DNA of 64,000 nucleotides from Alphaproteobacteria bacterium (GTDB lineage Bacteria; Pseudomonadota; Alphaproteobacteria; GM7ARS4; G965262615): NCBI GenBank assembly GCA_965262615.1, contig OZ253545.1, positions 1,056,001 to 1,120,000 of the forward strand, read 5' to 3'. Shown piece by piece: positions 62,623 to 64,000 of this stretch (position 1 is its first letter; each line of letters starts with the position of its first letter). The notes under the pieces were generated by a model. It saw only the letters and a program-made list of their open reading frames with translations, ran no database searches and was not told where the DNA came from. The position numbers and the translations under genes were made by a program.

Positions 62623-63708
62623 TCATAATCTTTCTTTGATTTTATTCAAGGCTTCTTGAGCATCGCCATGACCTTGCTCGGCGGCTTGTTGCCACCATTC
62701 CATCGCTTTTTCCGTGTCTTGCGGGACACCCTCGCCAGTGAAATAAATGATGCCCAGATAGAACTGAGATTGGGTAAAACCTTGCTGGGCGGCTTTGGTA
62801 ATCCATTGTGCCGCCTGCCGATCATTTGCTTCCACACCGTAGCCATCGTAATAAGCCACGCCCAGATTATGCTGAGCGAAAACAAAACCCTGTCCAGCCG
62901 CTTTTTTGAACCATTTCACGGCTTGTGTTTGATCCCTCGTAATGCCATCACCATTGGCATACGCCATACCGAGATTATGCTGGGCGAGAACAAAACCCTG
63001 TCCAGCCGCTTTTTTATACCACCTGACGGCTTCTTTTTGATTCTGCGCGATGCCATCACCATTGGCATACGCCACAGCGAGATTGTGTCGGGCGAGAACA
63101 AAGCCTTTGTGGGCGGCTTTTGTGTACCATTTGACGGCTTCTTCTTGATCCTTCGTAATCCCATCACCGTTGGCATACGCCACGCCGAGATTGTATTGAG
63201 CAGCGCCAAGATTTTGCTCCGCCGCTTTTGTGTACCACTTGACGGCTTGTGTTTGATCCTTCATAATCCCATAGCCATTGTGATAAGCCACACCCAGATT
63301 GAATTGGGCTTGGGCAAGACCTTGTTCAGCAGCTTTTTGAAACCATTTGCCAGCTTCGGTGTCATTCTGGCTCAAAAGACATTCCACACCGTATTGAAAA
63401 TACCCGCGCGGCGAGCCGAAAAACAAACCCTCCACGAAGAAAAGCGATTTTTTAATGGAAGTTGCCATGTCATCATGTGACATCGGCGGCAATGATTGAA
63501 TCATGGCGGGGGAAAACGCGGCAACGAGAAAGAGACAATTCAACAACAATCCCAAGACTTCTGGCAGTCTTCCCAGCCCATCCGTTGCCGCCATAAGGAG
63601 CAGAACAGGAAAATTGCAACAAATAAGTCTTGCAAGAGCCTCCGACAAATCGCGAGGCAGTTGTTCTTTGATGAATTCTAATGTGATTTTGGTATCAGAA
63701 GCAATCAT
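62623..63708 (-). CDS. Membrane-anchored Sel1-like repeat protein (~6 repeats)
   Basis: MIASDTKITLEFIKE and FVEGLFFGSPRGYFQYG match the N-terminal family of the 13951 and 61315 genes. Confidence 0.93.
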   Translation of the reverse strand: MIASDTKITLEFIKEQLPRDLSEALARLICCNFPVLLLMAATDGLGRLPEVLGLLLNCLFLVAAFSPAMIQSLPPMSHDDMATSIKKSLFFVEGLFFGSPRGYFQYGVECLLSQNDTEAGKWFQKAAEQGLAQAQFNLGVAYHNGYGIMKDQTQAVKWYTKAAEQNLGAAQYNLGVAYANGDGITKDQEEAVKWYTKAAHKGFVLARHNLAVAYANGDGIAQNQKEAVRWYKKAAGQGFVLAQHNLGMAYANGDGITRDQTQAVKWFKKAAGQGFVFAQHNLGVAYYDGYGVEANDRQAAQWITKAAQQGFTQSQFYLGIIYFTGEGVPQDTEKAMEWWQQAAEQGHGDAQEALNKIKERL

Positions 63709-63757
63709 GCGCCGGACATACCACGACTGCACTTTTCAATCAATATTTTGACAACAC
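63709..63757 (-). promoter_or_regulatory. Conserved SLR-gene leader (diverged)
   Basis: GTGTTGTCAAAATATTG...GTGCAGTCG-TG-G-TATGTC-N6-ATG. Confidence 0.55.
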
Positions 63758-63829
63758 CAAGAGGCGGTATTAGGTGGCGACATTGACAAATTTTTGCAGG
63801 CATCTTTGACTGCCCAATTGGAGTCATGA
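63752..63829 (+). repeat. prfB 3'-end repeat, orphan copy
   Basis: Reads NT[+2 nt]EAVLGGDIDKFLQASLTAQLES*. Confidence 0.92.
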
Positions 63830-64000
63830 TGATTTTTTAACTACACTCAAGGCTCTTCGAGCTGGGACATAACCTTGTTCATCAGCTTTTTCAAGCCACT
63901 TGACACCTTCTTTTTGATCCTGCGTCACACCCTCGCCTTTACCATAAGCCACACCTAGATTATATTGAGCTGGGGCATCACCTTGTTCGGCGGCTTTTCG
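63824..64000 (-). CDS. Sel1-like repeat protein, 3' end only
   Basis: Manual translation: RKAAEQGDAPAQYNLGVAYGKGEGVTQDQKEGVKWLEKADEQGYVPARRALSVVKKSS*. Confidence 0.9.
   Translation of the reverse strand, partial: RKAAEQGDAPAQYNLGVAYGKGEGVTQDQKEGVKWLEKADEQGYVPARRALSVVKKSS

Noticed and set aside
61551-63480. Long + strand ORFs (61551-62165, 61678-62475, 62656-63480)
   Set aside because: Antisense shadows of the periodic SLR genes.
59914-64000. Classical integron with attC sites, or pdif modules
   Set aside because: I saw no RYYYAAC...GTTRRRY palindromic attC structure, no XerD-like arm at the junctions and no intI. The likeness is architectural only.

Overview
Compact, gene-dense chromosome segment whose gene order and content point to an alphaproteobacterium (dusB-trkA-dat-hflX, scpAB-tatABC-serS, tpiA-secG-pyrG-kdsA-eno, mltB-rlpA-dacA-tmk-holB-metG-tatD, rpsB-tsf-pyrH-frr-uppS-cdsA-dxr-rseP-bamA-skp-lpxD-fabZ-lpxA-lpxI-lpxB, amiC-mrcA-prfB). 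The window appears to span the replication terminus: a dif-like site at 33089-33116 lies where gene orientation and KOPS-like octamers flip, and it abuts a 23-bp tandem repeat carrying inverted partial dif sequence. Accessory DNA includes two arrays of Sel1-like repeat (SLR) genes, a ugd/uxs pair, a type II R-M pair and an S8 protease lipoprotein. The strongest novel signal is at the right end. Downstream of prfB, SLR genes are separated by diverged copies of the last ~75 bp of prfB. All copies start at the same CAACAC and differ mostly by synonymous changes, and each gene is preceded by a related ~36-50 bp promoter-like leader. This looks like an integron-like cassette array that inserts into, and renews, the 3' end of the RF2 gene. 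No recombinase is visible, and the array runs off the window edge. All calls come from reading sequence and motifs only; no database searches were run.
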